64,000 nt of DNA from Lingula anatina (lineage: Eukaryota > Animalia > Brachiopoda): contig CM120647.1 of NCBI GenBank assembly GCA_051362555.1, positions 18,948,651-19,012,650 on the forward strand. The letters are read 5' to 3'. The translations under genes and the position numbers were made by a program. The notes below the pieces were generated by a model. It was not told where the DNA came from, ran no database searches, and saw nothing but the letters and a program-made list of their open reading frames with translations. Shown in pieces: positions 27,462-39,245 of this stretch (the stretch's first letter is position 1; each line of letters begins with the position of its first letter).

Positions 27462-27629
27462 CAGGGGCGGATTTAGGCCGTCTTCTGGGTCTTCCGGAAG
27501 ACGGTCAGATTATCAAGTTTACATTGTCGGGCATCTAATGTTTTCTGTTGGAAGACGGTCAAAAATGGAGGATAGATCAACAAAGATAATTTGGAAGACT
27601 GTCAGAAAATATCTCTGGATCCGTCCCTG
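27462..27629 (+). mobile_element. Short dispersed TIR element (CAGGGGCGGAT...ATCCGTCCCTG)
   Basis: 11-bp imperfect TIR with a flanking 5-bp direct repeat ccctg. A second, end-eroded copy lies at 58059-58222. Confidence 0.75.
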
Positions 27630-28972
27630 CCCTGCACGTCCCTGGCTCCATGGCATCACCGTACAGACCGTATCATCAACGGTCGAGGGGCATATTAATA
27701 AGTAAGTTTTGTGTGTAGTTTACAGGACACCATGGTTTATTAATGTAATACAGCCCTAGTACTTGTGATTAATAGTCTTTTACGGTAACTATATCAGACA
27801 AATTTGCTTGTACCATTCCTATCTCCATATAACGTGTACCTGATTATGAAATACTGGTGAACCTTCCACACCTATTAAGTATACACAATGTTCAGTTGTA
27901 ACATTCCATGCCGGGTGGTCAGTTATGATAATTGGAATTTGCAAGTAAGGTGGAAATTAGAGTTGGTATTTTACAACAACGTTTATCACATAATGATATA
28001 TATTTCAGAAAACTAAGTGAGTTATTTTTTATTTATTTTAGAGCATGACAGGCACAGCACATGTTATTGAACCAGTCAAGAACTGCGAGAGTCATGTGGT
28101 CTGGATAATCAGATGTTGAAGATTGCTCAGTGTATATTAATCTCTTATGTCCTTAGTTATTATGTTGTTTACTTAATTATATCAGGAGTCAACAGATGGC
28201 ATTTTTTTCTGGCTGTCACTTACATGCAGTATCAGGCATTTTCTTTATTACTTTAAAATGAAATATTTGGTTTTATGAATATATATATATGTATATAGGC
28301 CTATGTATTGTACTGCACTAGTGATTTAATGAAGAAAATTATTTTACTTGCTAGTATCATTCTTATGTTACTGTAGTGACTTTTTTAATAACTATATGAC
28401 ACCTGTTTTTCATATCATTTACTCAGATCACAAATACAAGTTCGCCTGTGATGTGTTTATTTGTTGCATTTGTGTATAACTGTCAATAAAATGCAATGAT
28501 TTTGTGAAAATTTCAACTTATATGTTGTCCATTTTAATACTTTCTTTTGTCATCTTTCCTGTCATTTAAGTCGGATCTGATCACAATGAAACTTACATTT
28601 TGTGAATGCTATCCATTAGTTTCTATTAGCATCATTTTCATAAGTAAATAAATGAAGAAAATTAACTTTATGATCAAACTCGAGCCTTTTGAATTAGTTA
28701 CTATAAATTTAGTGAAATTAAATCAAAGATGCAGGCAAGTCTAATGTTCTGATAAGGCATCCATCCAATGTGTAAGTTCAGCTATTTTTCAAGTAAAGAA
28801 ATCGCTGCTCTACTTCCTTGTGGACTCCATATTCTAACCCCACCTCAAGGCAGATCTCGTAAAATCACGGGGAAACTTGGCCTTCTCGTTGAGAACCCGG
28901 ACAGCCTCTATTGACAGCAGTGGGGGGGGGGGGGTTTAGGCGAGTGTCAGAGATGTACCGACCCCCCCCCCC

Positions 28973-28973
<1 letters not shown>

Positions 28974-29023
<50 letters not shown>
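28974..29023. repeat. (CA)n microsatellite
   Basis: Pure dinucleotide run. Confidence 0.9.
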
Positions 29024-29025
<2 letters not shown>

Positions 29026-29270
29026 CGATTTCTGAAAAAATCACACCAGTGGTCCCCTCTTGATATTAGAACTTAATCATACATGTAGTTCTAAACCGTG
29101 CCAAATCCAAATGGCACCGTTCGCCCTCTGAAATACCAATTTTTTCGGGGTCCTTTAGCGGGCCCCTAACCCCACGCCCATGTCCTTCTCCGATTTTAAC
29201 AATATAAATACGGTACGCTGTGATGGCTGACATTCAACCAATGTATTATCAAGTGACTGCACAGATGGGT

Positions 29271-29325
<55 letters not shown>

Positions 29326-32300
29326 GCTATGCATTTTCTCTGGCACGACAGTGATCTATTGTGCATCATGACCTGGAAGTGCACTTAGAGGCAAATGGTC
29401 CGGCAGTACGAGCTAGTGCGAGCTGATACGCACGGTTAGACATCCCAGTGTTAGTGACCCGATTCGAGACATTGTTTTACGACACTTTGTTTAGATGAGC
29501 TGCTGAGGTCATTAACGTTAAAGAAGAAGCGATTGAGGTGATTATTAGAGTGAAAAAGGCCATTGCGTCGTGAATGACTTGGGAGTTTTCGGAAGGCATT
29601 GCACCTGATGACCGGGCTAAAGAAGTAAAACAACAACAAAAAAATAATAATAAAAATAAAAAATAATAATAATAAAATAATAATAATAAAAAAACGTAAA
29701 GTCAGATGAATTTTATGATGTATTCAAACATACTGGTAAATGTGAAGTCACATGTATGAGCCGATTGGGTTGCTTTCTCTGATTGTACTACGTGGAAAAC
29801 TGATTTTCCAAGACGAGACGAGATTGAAGTTGGACTGGGACGAGCCAGTTCCAGTTGATTTGTATTAAAAGTGGATGGATTGGATTAAGTCTTTAGGTGG
29901 ATTGGAGACTCTCAAATATGTTAGATGTGTCATTTCTGAGGAATTTGTTGACGGAGTTTCAGAATTGCATGTCTTTAGTGATGCGAGTCAGTAAGTGTAT
30001 GGGGTTTGCGCATATTTGCGTTCAGTCAATGCACAAGGTGAAATACATGTAGCATACATGTAATTAGTCGCAAAGGGGCGCTTAATAGCTCCACTGAAAC
30101 AATTGACCGTCCTTAGACTGGAATTTGTAGCGCGCGTAACGTCCATAGATTTACCCCAATTTGTTTAACGTGAATTGGAAGTGCTGCTGTTGATAACCGT
30201 GTCTTGAAATGATAGCAAAGTTGCTTTAGAATTAAGATGTGCCATTGCATAATTAGTGGATCCGTTCTTACATATATATAATTAACTTGATTTTTATATT
30301 AGAGCAGGTAAGATTATTATAAATATACCATTTAAGAATTAAAACATCATTATATGAGTAGTTGTTCAGTAGTTGTCATACATAATGCGTTTGATGTATG
30401 TGTGTAACAGGATTATTATAAATATATTTGAATTAGGTGTGAGTAGATGGGTTTTTTCGTTGTTGAGAGAGTGTTGTCGACGGCCACAAGTCATTCCATC
30501 ACGCAGTCACAACTAACGCAATGCCGCTTACATCTTTTTATGAATAGTTGAGTAGTATTTATGTGCCAGAGCAATAAAGACTTGACTTAAAGGACAGGGA
30601 TTGAGTATTTTTGACATTCAGCATGCCAGCAGCAAAAAGTTAAATGTAGATAACAATCAGATATTACTGATAAACAAGAGTGTGATATGGCTTCACAATT
30701 AATGCATGCAAGTCTTTCCGGATCTGTCCGAATCTGTAACTATCTCACCTTCCTGGGTTGCTAATACAGTATAGCCCTTTCATAGACAATCACTTATCAA
30801 GCATATAGGCCTATAATGTTGGACGGCGAGAGCCATTTACCTGCCGCCGTTAACGTCATTCAATTTGCATCTGTGATTCATGCTAGCGTCATACCAAACT
30901 ACATGTACATGTACGTACGTTGTTAAAATAGATACAGGAGTACATGTACGGTACATCTGAAATCTGTATTGGCATTGCTACTTGTACCAAACCATTTTCA
31001 CTAAGAGATAGATCGATAGAAATTTATCTCCATAACATACAAAATATGATCAACATAAATAAATTTCGGGCAAAACAGAAGGAATGCATAGGATTTGATC
31101 GAAAAAAAAAATTGTGCGGCCTTGTTTTACGTCGGTGCTTCTTGACATAACGTAACTTATACACTTTGCAATATCTTAGACACATGGACTATTAAAAACA
31201 ATTAAAATTGCAAGGTTTCTAAAGTCATTAAGTCATTCGATTTGCATCTGTAACTGCATGTGCATGTACCAGTAGAACTCACCAGTCCCTCACCGGTGAT
31301 CTGATCTACTGTACCGGTATATACATCAGGGTCATTCTCCGGTAATGGGGACCGATTTGGCCAAAAACTGCAAAAAATAAAATTTGCTATTTGACCAATT
31401 TATTATGAATCCATGAGAAGTACATGTCATGGACAATTATTAGGCGAAAGGGGTTCCTTTTTGAATGGTCTATTAATTAGTCACATATCAAACTATCTTG
31501 ATGTCCAAAGTGAGATACCGTGTACGTTACTACAGTTTTTTTCTAACATTTTCTTACATAAAAAATATTATACAAAATTCTCATTTTTGAATACTTCCAA
31601 TAGCTAAAATACCTTTTTAATGGTCGCGTGGTCAGAGAGACATAAACATGCCAACATCGCGTGACGGGTGTCATTTTCGGACACTGTCAATGTGTATCTT
31701 AAAATGAAAATAAAACTCAAATTTGGTCGCCCCGGTAATTGTTTTCATTGTGCACGGGAGCCGCGAGTGCGAGTGGAAGGTTTGATGGAATTTGGGAGAG
31801 ACACGGTAGGAAATTTAAGGACATGATAACGCTTGATTCATAAACAGCTGTTTTTTGACTCGAGCGATTTTGTTGTAAAGACCATTTGATAGCACAGTTT
31901 TGATTTTCCTTATAATGTCGACAAATCCGTCTTAACTGTCAAAGTGTACCAAATCCATTTCGTTCCCAGAATAACGTATTTTACTAGTACACTTGCTTTT
32001 TTTCTTTTTGGTTCGAAGTTTGTATTGTTTTCTGAATCGCTCTTGTACCAGGCAGCATATAGGAAAGGAGATATCGATACCGGACATTGGTACATATAGT
32101 GTGCAAAGTACACACACACACACACACAGATACGCAAGGTGTACTTTTAGTATATAGATATGTGTGTGTGAAGGACATGTTCTAATCTTTAGGATGAATA
32201 TTTAGTTTTATTTAAGTAAGCTGCAGTCAATGGGACATGAACTGAGACATTAGGGCAATTTTCGGCTTTTATTGCTTTTGTGAAACCGACTACGATTAAA

Positions 32301-32729
32301 CGTTATCTATACCTATTATCCCTACGTACATGCATATCTCTTTTTATCTACCTCTTTCTTTAGTCATCTCAGTACTTCGGGACATGCTACCCTAATATCT
32401 TATCTGAAATCTGGTGACCATTTACTACTGAGGAAACTCAGGTTATAGACGCTGGCTGTGGGGTTACATGATAGTATACTAGACGATTGATAGTAGGAGT
32501 GCAGTATACCAGCACTTGTAAAATATTTTGTGAACAAAATGTATGTGAAGTCGTACACTGTATGGTATACAGTATTTACCTGTTGGAGGAGTCGGGGCAT
32601 TTTCTATTGACATTCAAAATGGTCCCACCTTCTACTTAGGCCTACTGCTGAGACAAGTCATGTGGGAGGTTTGAGGTGTTCACTAAAACACAACTGCGCC
32701 TTTATTCCAGCTTGTTACAAAACACACAC

Positions 32730-32770
<41 letters not shown>

Positions 32771-32867
32771 CACACACACGCACATTCAAATTGACTTATA
32801 CATTTATCACAATATTATTGTTTATTTCTTGCAGAATTCTACCCAGTGTTTGTAAGTTGTACCTGAC

Positions 32868-33854
32868 ATGAAGAAATGGGGCTGGCTGGTTGTGGTGGGC
32901 GCCATCATCTTGCGTCTGTGCATTCACGCGGTTATGACGTCATATGGCGTTTTCTTGGAATACTTTATTTGTAAATTTCCGTCATCGCCAGTTGCTTTCT
33001 TAGGTAAGATGGCTAAGTTTTAAATGACTTCTTTATCATTTCCATAGACTTACTACTTAGAAGTATACGTGACTGATCGCATCTGGTGCAGCCCCGTTTT
33101 GTTAGACTTTTCCGAAATTTTAAGATTAAACATAGAAGGATAGTGAATATATGTAAAAAGTACTGTTGAAATAAAATAACTCATATATTTAAAATGGGCG
33201 TCTTAACATAAATTGAACTAGTATATGTAACATTAATGAAGATATTATTTTTAATGGTAGAATCTATAGGCGGAATAGCTTACGGTATCAGCGCCATGGG
33301 AGCCCCGATATCTCTTGCCTTATACAGGAAGTACAAGACACGACGAGTGGTGATCGCTGGAGTATTTGCTGCCTCTCTTGGCTTTGCTTTGACGGGAACG
33401 GTGCAAAGCCCTGGCGCAATATTCGTCACCTACGGGATTCTCCTCGGCATTGGTGCACTTTTGACCAATAACACGCCGTTATTCCTGATTGCGCAGTACT
33501 TTAAACCGGAAAACAGATATTATGTGCTTGCCACAAGTCTGCCCGTCCCATCCATAGCATTTGGTAAGTGGCTTCGTTGCTGTCCTTGTAAAAACGTGTC
33601 AGAAACGCAGGATCCTGTTTCACAAAAACCTAAAATCTCAGTTCTATTTAAGAAAAATTAAACGCTGCGGTGTTACATTTTTATTTTTGTTTAAAATCCA
33701 ATAGGAATAATTAACCTGCAATGAGATAGAGGTACTGGCAGAATATCTTGAAAAAGGTCATTAATTTCTTTAATGTTATCGATTTTGTTTCGCTGTAAAT
33801 TTGAGTTAAGGCAGCTACCGAGGTGACAAAGATTTCTGGCTACATGTAGCTGCC

Positions 33855-33885
<31 letters not shown>

Positions 33886-35142
33886 AGACAGATAAAATGG
33901 TAAGGTAAGCGGCCTATTAGATATGACCAGCCAGTATGTGGAGTCTTAGTAACTTTACTGACTAACATTTTAGCAAATAAATTGACATTCGATTTTTGTG
34001 AACCGAAGGCCAGAGGTTTAAACACGTTATACATTGTAACGCTGTAACACGCTGTAAAATTAACAACACAAAATATTGTCTATAAAGTCTATATTGTAAA
34101 TAAAGCCATTAAATAAGCAATTGTTTAAGCTCGTATTACATGTATATGTTTGACGAAAAAAAAATTGAAGAAAAAATTGATATATCGTATAAAAGGAAGT
34201 ATCTGATGTTTGTCCAAGGTTACTGTCCTGTAGTTGTATGAAATGTGTGCACCAGCTTTTTGTTAGTAGACAGCTTGTACATGTTCTAGTACGTCATGTG
34301 ACAAACGGTTTTTTCTATTTCTTTAGCACTTGAACCCTTGATTCGAGGCATCGGAAGCCACAATGCGTTTGCCGTGCTTGCAGTAAACGCTTTCATTTGG
34401 GGTACGCTCGCTGCGTTGGCAATGGAAGAAAACGAAAACGATGTCCCTAAAAACGAAAGCGGAAGCGAAGACGTGTGTGAGCACAAAAATACCGTATTTC
34501 AGGCAACCAAAGAGAATGATAAAGATATGGAAGAACAAGTTGGAGACACAGACCTTGGTCTGATTGACAGTAATAAGGCCAGCACGGGGAATACAGAGAG
34601 CGAAAAAAGCCCTGCTCCCTCGAAAACACTGGTAGTGTGTGCCTCCGTCCTGATATTTCTCACCTTATTTCTCCGAGGAGCTGTAGTCCACTCTTTACCC
34701 TTTATAATGGTAAGTTAACAAAATCACACAAGTTTTTTTTTGCTTAAGAGGTACTAAGAGTGTGTTAGTAGGCGTAAAGATGGTTTCGTTCAGTTTCTTT
34801 ATTTCTTGAACACTTATACCCTATGTGATAAATCCTGAAATCAAGCTTAGATTTTTTACTATGGCCGTGGGTAACTGTATGTTCATTGCACTCAACAATT
34901 TCAGGTAAAACATCTTGTCCAAGAATTCAATATAACTTCCTTTCTGGCCGCGTCGACGGTGACCTTCTTTAATGTGTCAGATCTGTGTGGACGGTTGACC
35001 GTGGCGTTCATTGGGGACCGCCTGTTTAAGGGACATTTGGTTGAAATGTGTGTGGTGTGCGCTCTCTTGCTGGGAGCTGGCTGCCTCGCTGCAAGGTTTG
35101 CTGTGCAGTTTTATCAGATGTTGATTTTCAATATCGGTAAGT

Positions 35143-35195
<53 letters not shown>

Positions 35196-36183
35196 TGATG
35201 ATGATGATGATTATAATACAACAACAACAAAATGATACTATCAAAACTTAGAAATATTATTATATGATTTTTGTTTTATTCTATTCCATCTCCTCAAATT
35301 GTATTTCAGGGGCCGGATACACCATGGGTTTTATCTCAGGTACCCGTTATTCCACTGTTGCAGAAGCATTGGATCACTGGTACGCCGACGACTTGTACTC
35401 TGTCAGTAGAGTGGGGGCGGGTCTGGGGGCCATCGTGGGAAACCTCGTGGCAGGTGAGTTCACTTATAAAATAAAAAGAGAAAAAAGAAAAAAATATATA
35501 CATGTACATTTCTTGCAACATAAATAAACGTGGGATGTTTTCAATGGCTGTTTTTTATTTTTTTATGTTTTTATGTTTTTATTATTATTTTTTTTGTATG
35601 GACAGCATGGCTGTCAGAATACACACTTTAACGTACATGTGCAAAGCTACATGATTTTCTGAATTTTTCTCAAAGCTGATCAATTGCACAAAACGATATA
35701 ATTATTCACTTTGGTAATTGTTGAAGAAACGCAGTTTATCATTCCCACATTTCCCCAGATATTTCACAGTTGTAAGAATGATTGATTTCTCAAGGCATCT
35801 GAAAAGAAAAGAAATGTATCGATCAAGCTTTTGAATGTATCCGTTATCTTCCAGGTGCGCTGTATGACGTCACTGGTTCTTACAGAATATGTTTTGTCGT
35901 TAATCTTGGATTCTGCTTACTTGTCGCCATGGGGTTTGGAACGTTGATGTTCCTGAGAAATCGTTTCCTAAGAACGTCACACTTATTACATTCAGAAGGC
36001 ACAGTGGAAAGTTCGTTGCAAAAAGGAAATGTGACATGGACGAAAAAACTGCATTTTGAATTGCTATCACAGTTTGCTCGAATACGACGGAAATCTCAAG
36101 AAAAATCAGACGAAAAAATACCTCTGAATGATATGGACTCAAAAGTAAAGTATCACACGGATAACAACTCTTCGTTGGAGTAA
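32868..36183 (+). CDS. SLC16/monocarboxylate-transporter-like MFS protein, paralog A, 6 coding exons, 508 aa
   Basis: Exons 32868-33003, 33261-33563, 34327-34709, 34905-35136, 35310-35453 and 35855-36183; GT-AG introns, total 1527 nt. Motifs: WGWLVV..SYGVF, IAQYF, long acidic central loop, DLCGR, GALYDVTGSY. Confidence 0.92.
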
Positions 36184-36372
36184 ATGTACCTTCTTCTTTT
36201 TGAAACTTATCTTTGAATAGATCAACGCAGTATTGAAGTATATTGTAGATCGAGTCTTTATAAAACGAAACATGCAGTTTTGCCGCCGGTAGATATACGT
36301 ATATCACAATGAAAAAGTTGATAAGGCAAACAAAAGTCCCAACAATGTCTCCATAAAAAGTCCTGTGAATAA

Positions 36373-36662
36373 GATGCCATTCAGAACAAGATGATCTGCG
36401 GACTAAGAGCTCCACAGACCAAATATGGCCGACTCATTTAAAAGAAGCACCGACTAATTCCATGATGACCTCCGCGCCTCCACCGCGGCGTCGTTGTAGG
36501 GGCCTTGGAATTAAAACTCAGAGTTGTTATTTAATCAGATTTATTGCGCGTGTGGAGGCAGGGAGCCCATCAGAGGACTAAGCGGAGCTGCTCTGAATTT
36601 CTGTCGGACATATTTAGTCGGTGGATCAGATAGTTCTCGGTAAATCTGTTCTGAATCGCCTC
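36373..36662. mobile_element. PIF/Harbinger-type palindromic MITE
   Basis: Ends GATGCCATTCAGAACA / TGTTCTGAATCGCCTC with TAA/TTA flanks and long imperfect internal symmetry. Confidence 0.7.
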
Positions 36663-36665
36663 TTA

Positions 36666-36840
36666 GGCCCCATTCAGAATAGGGGACTAACTAGTCCGAG
36701 GGTCAAATATGGCGACCCACTACAAAGCTTACCGTCTAATCCGCTAGTAGACACTGAATAAATATCCCGTGGGGAAGTATTCAAGTGGGTCGGCCATATT
36801 TGACCCTCGTACTAGTTATTCCCCTTTTCTGAATGGGACC
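36666..36840. mobile_element. PIF/Harbinger-type MITE abutting the previous one
   Basis: TIR GGCCCCATTCAGAA / TTCTGAATGGGACC extending ~55 bp with few mismatches. TTA TSD at 36663-65 and 36841-43. Confidence 0.85.
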
Positions 36841-39245
36841 TTAAACTCTCCGCCGAAACGGGTCACGTTGTCAAAGGGTGGATTCAGAACAGATGATCCG
36901 CGGACTAACTGATCACGGGTTTACCCATTTTCCTTCTAGCATCTTCACCATAAGAATCGTCCATTTTATTCTGTCGATCTAATATTCAACATTTCTTTGT
37001 TAAATATACATATAAAACTACCCAGGATTACAAGAAAAGCACACACACACACACACGCACACACACACACATAACTTTTTTGTAGTTTGTAATGCTACTA
37101 AAATAAAGTCGACGGGCCATTTCACATACCAAATTAACCTCTCGTTCAGCCAAAAAATGCTTTAAAACTGGTCGTAAATTGTCCTATTTATCTGGCCTTC
37201 CAGTTCAATAAGAGTCCGTAGTATTGTGAGTGCATAGCATAATCACCACTCTCACTCCCTTGTATGGCTGTACACATGTATAGCGGCGCGTGCATCCTTA
37301 TTCAAATGAGACCGTTAAGGAATATTTATAGCAGAAAAAAAAAATCCGTTCATACATCAATTTTCGTGAAACATGAAACGATTTTCTTTGGTACTATTTC
37401 TCTAAGTTATACTGTTTGAAGCTATGTGGTGTCGTTAGGTCGGGTTTTGCGACAATAAATTAACTTTATATTCCTCTGAAGTAAGCTCTTTAGCGCTTTG
37501 TCACTCCTTATCTAAGTACAGGGTAAATATTTAAAGTTTATGATTTATCTCCCCCGACCATTGCACTACAGAATCAATTAAGAAAATAAAATGACAAACA
37601 CAATATGTTGGTTGGTTGGTATTTGGCCGGCCAAGGCCAACTTTATTGTTGTCAAACCCCAATGAAATGTTTTAATTTTATTTCAACTTATTGACTTTGA
37701 ATACAAGATTGCGTCTTTTATTGACGTCATAAAAAATTAATTTACTTTTAGATCGTGAAATCAATTAGTTAACCCGATCCTTGTTACATCAATAAATTCT
37801 ATTCTAGTCTTAACAAAATGGTTTCCGTATTACAGGTAATTGATCCCTAACAAAATTATTTTTCCACTTTAAAACTTTCAATAGTTAAGTTTATGGATTT
37901 TTGAAAATATTAATTAAAATCTAATTCAGCTAATTTGCAATTGTAACCGTAATTTTTGTTTTGCAATTTGACAAATTTACAACATTAAAGAAATAATATT
38001 TGAATTCTACAACTTTACAACATATATAAATTTGCAAGTCAAATTGTGTAAATTGCTAATTTTAACCGTAAATCAGAAACCAGAAATCCATTAATAATAC
38101 TTGCAGTTGTATCATAATAATTTTCTTCTTTAATTTATGCATAATAAATTATAAATAATGTATTCCAGATAATTTAAAATGTACATTTCACCAATCATCA
38201 TATGATTGGTAAATCATAAACAAATGCTCAGTGTACTATGAATGATATACATATACATTCCAACAAACTGGTAAGTTTCTGAAAATATTGATAACAGTCA
38301 TTTTTGCATTTACATGAAACTAATGCATTACTTTTGGAAAATCATCGACTTTTGAAGCAATACATTATGTAATATTAATTTATCTGATAAATAATAAACG
38401 TATCTGATTAAAAAGTCTTGCTTCGGCAAATCATTTCAAAGACCGTGATCTATCAGAAAGCAAAAAAAAAAAAAAAAAAATCAAGTCAGTTTCCCTGCCT
38501 CAGAACTTAATTACCACCGTTACATACTCACATGCGCAGATTTTATCAGAAACAGTGTTACAGCACTCTCATTGAAATCCTATTAAAGCCAGGCAACCGA
38601 CTCACGTTTTTTGTAAAGATTTCAAGGCCTGTTACAACCTACATACGGGCCGAAAAAGGGAATCGGAATGCACCGTTCATTAATGGAAAGTTCTAAAACT
38701 CTCCTTTTTTTCTTAGATTCGGAAATCCTTCTTGCAAATCTTTATAAATCAAAAGATCAAAATTATACAAAGCGTATTACAATCTGTAAAATGAAAACAT
38801 GAAACGTTCATGAATATGTGGCACAAGTAAAATTATACTTTTACATTGTTTCACTTACTTTTTCACTTGATAACCCTAACTCAAAAGCACTTAGAAGTGC
38901 AAGCCTCCACCACGACAACCCAATTATCCATTAATTAAATAAAGAATCACCAACAAAACCGAATCGATTCTAAGGTAGCCAATTTCTGACTTATCCTGAA
39001 AATTTTATTAAATTGCATCCATTACTTTTGAGTTAGATTGCTAACCAACAAAATATCAAAGGCAAAAAATCACGTTGGAAGAGGTTACGACGTCAACACA
39101 ACTATTTCAGACGAATTTTACTATATTTAACTATAATTAAACACGTAGAATTATTTCACAAAATATAAAATGTAAAATATCCACGTGTGAATTGATTTAG
39201 CCAAAGTAGTAACCGATTCTATATCTTTAATGCTATTACCCATAG

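Larger units (their letters stand above)
25420..30230 (+). mobile_element. Fragmented BEL/Pao LTR retrotransposon pol fossil
   Basis: Ordered plus-strand remnants: LILGMD..MPVELR..YASRGRLGW, FWKLE..QEDEQVL and LPFPWK (25420-25813); HGLERRL..KYDDYVEMLISDGYAERV (26892-27050); DELLRS/KEEAIEV and PDDRAKEVK (29455-29630); YEPIGLL..RGKLIFQ..LKLDWDEPVP, ELHVFSDAS..YGVCAYLR and APLKQLTV.RLE (29750-30150). Contains stops and frameshifts; no LTRs seen. Confidence 0.9.

Noticed and set aside
31326-31800. Possible DNA transposon end (agggtcattctccgg...)
   Set aside because: No matching inverted end or TSD was found in the window.
35900-36415. 171-aa minus-strand ORF
   Set aside because: Antisense shadow of the last MCT exon, with no recognisable motif.
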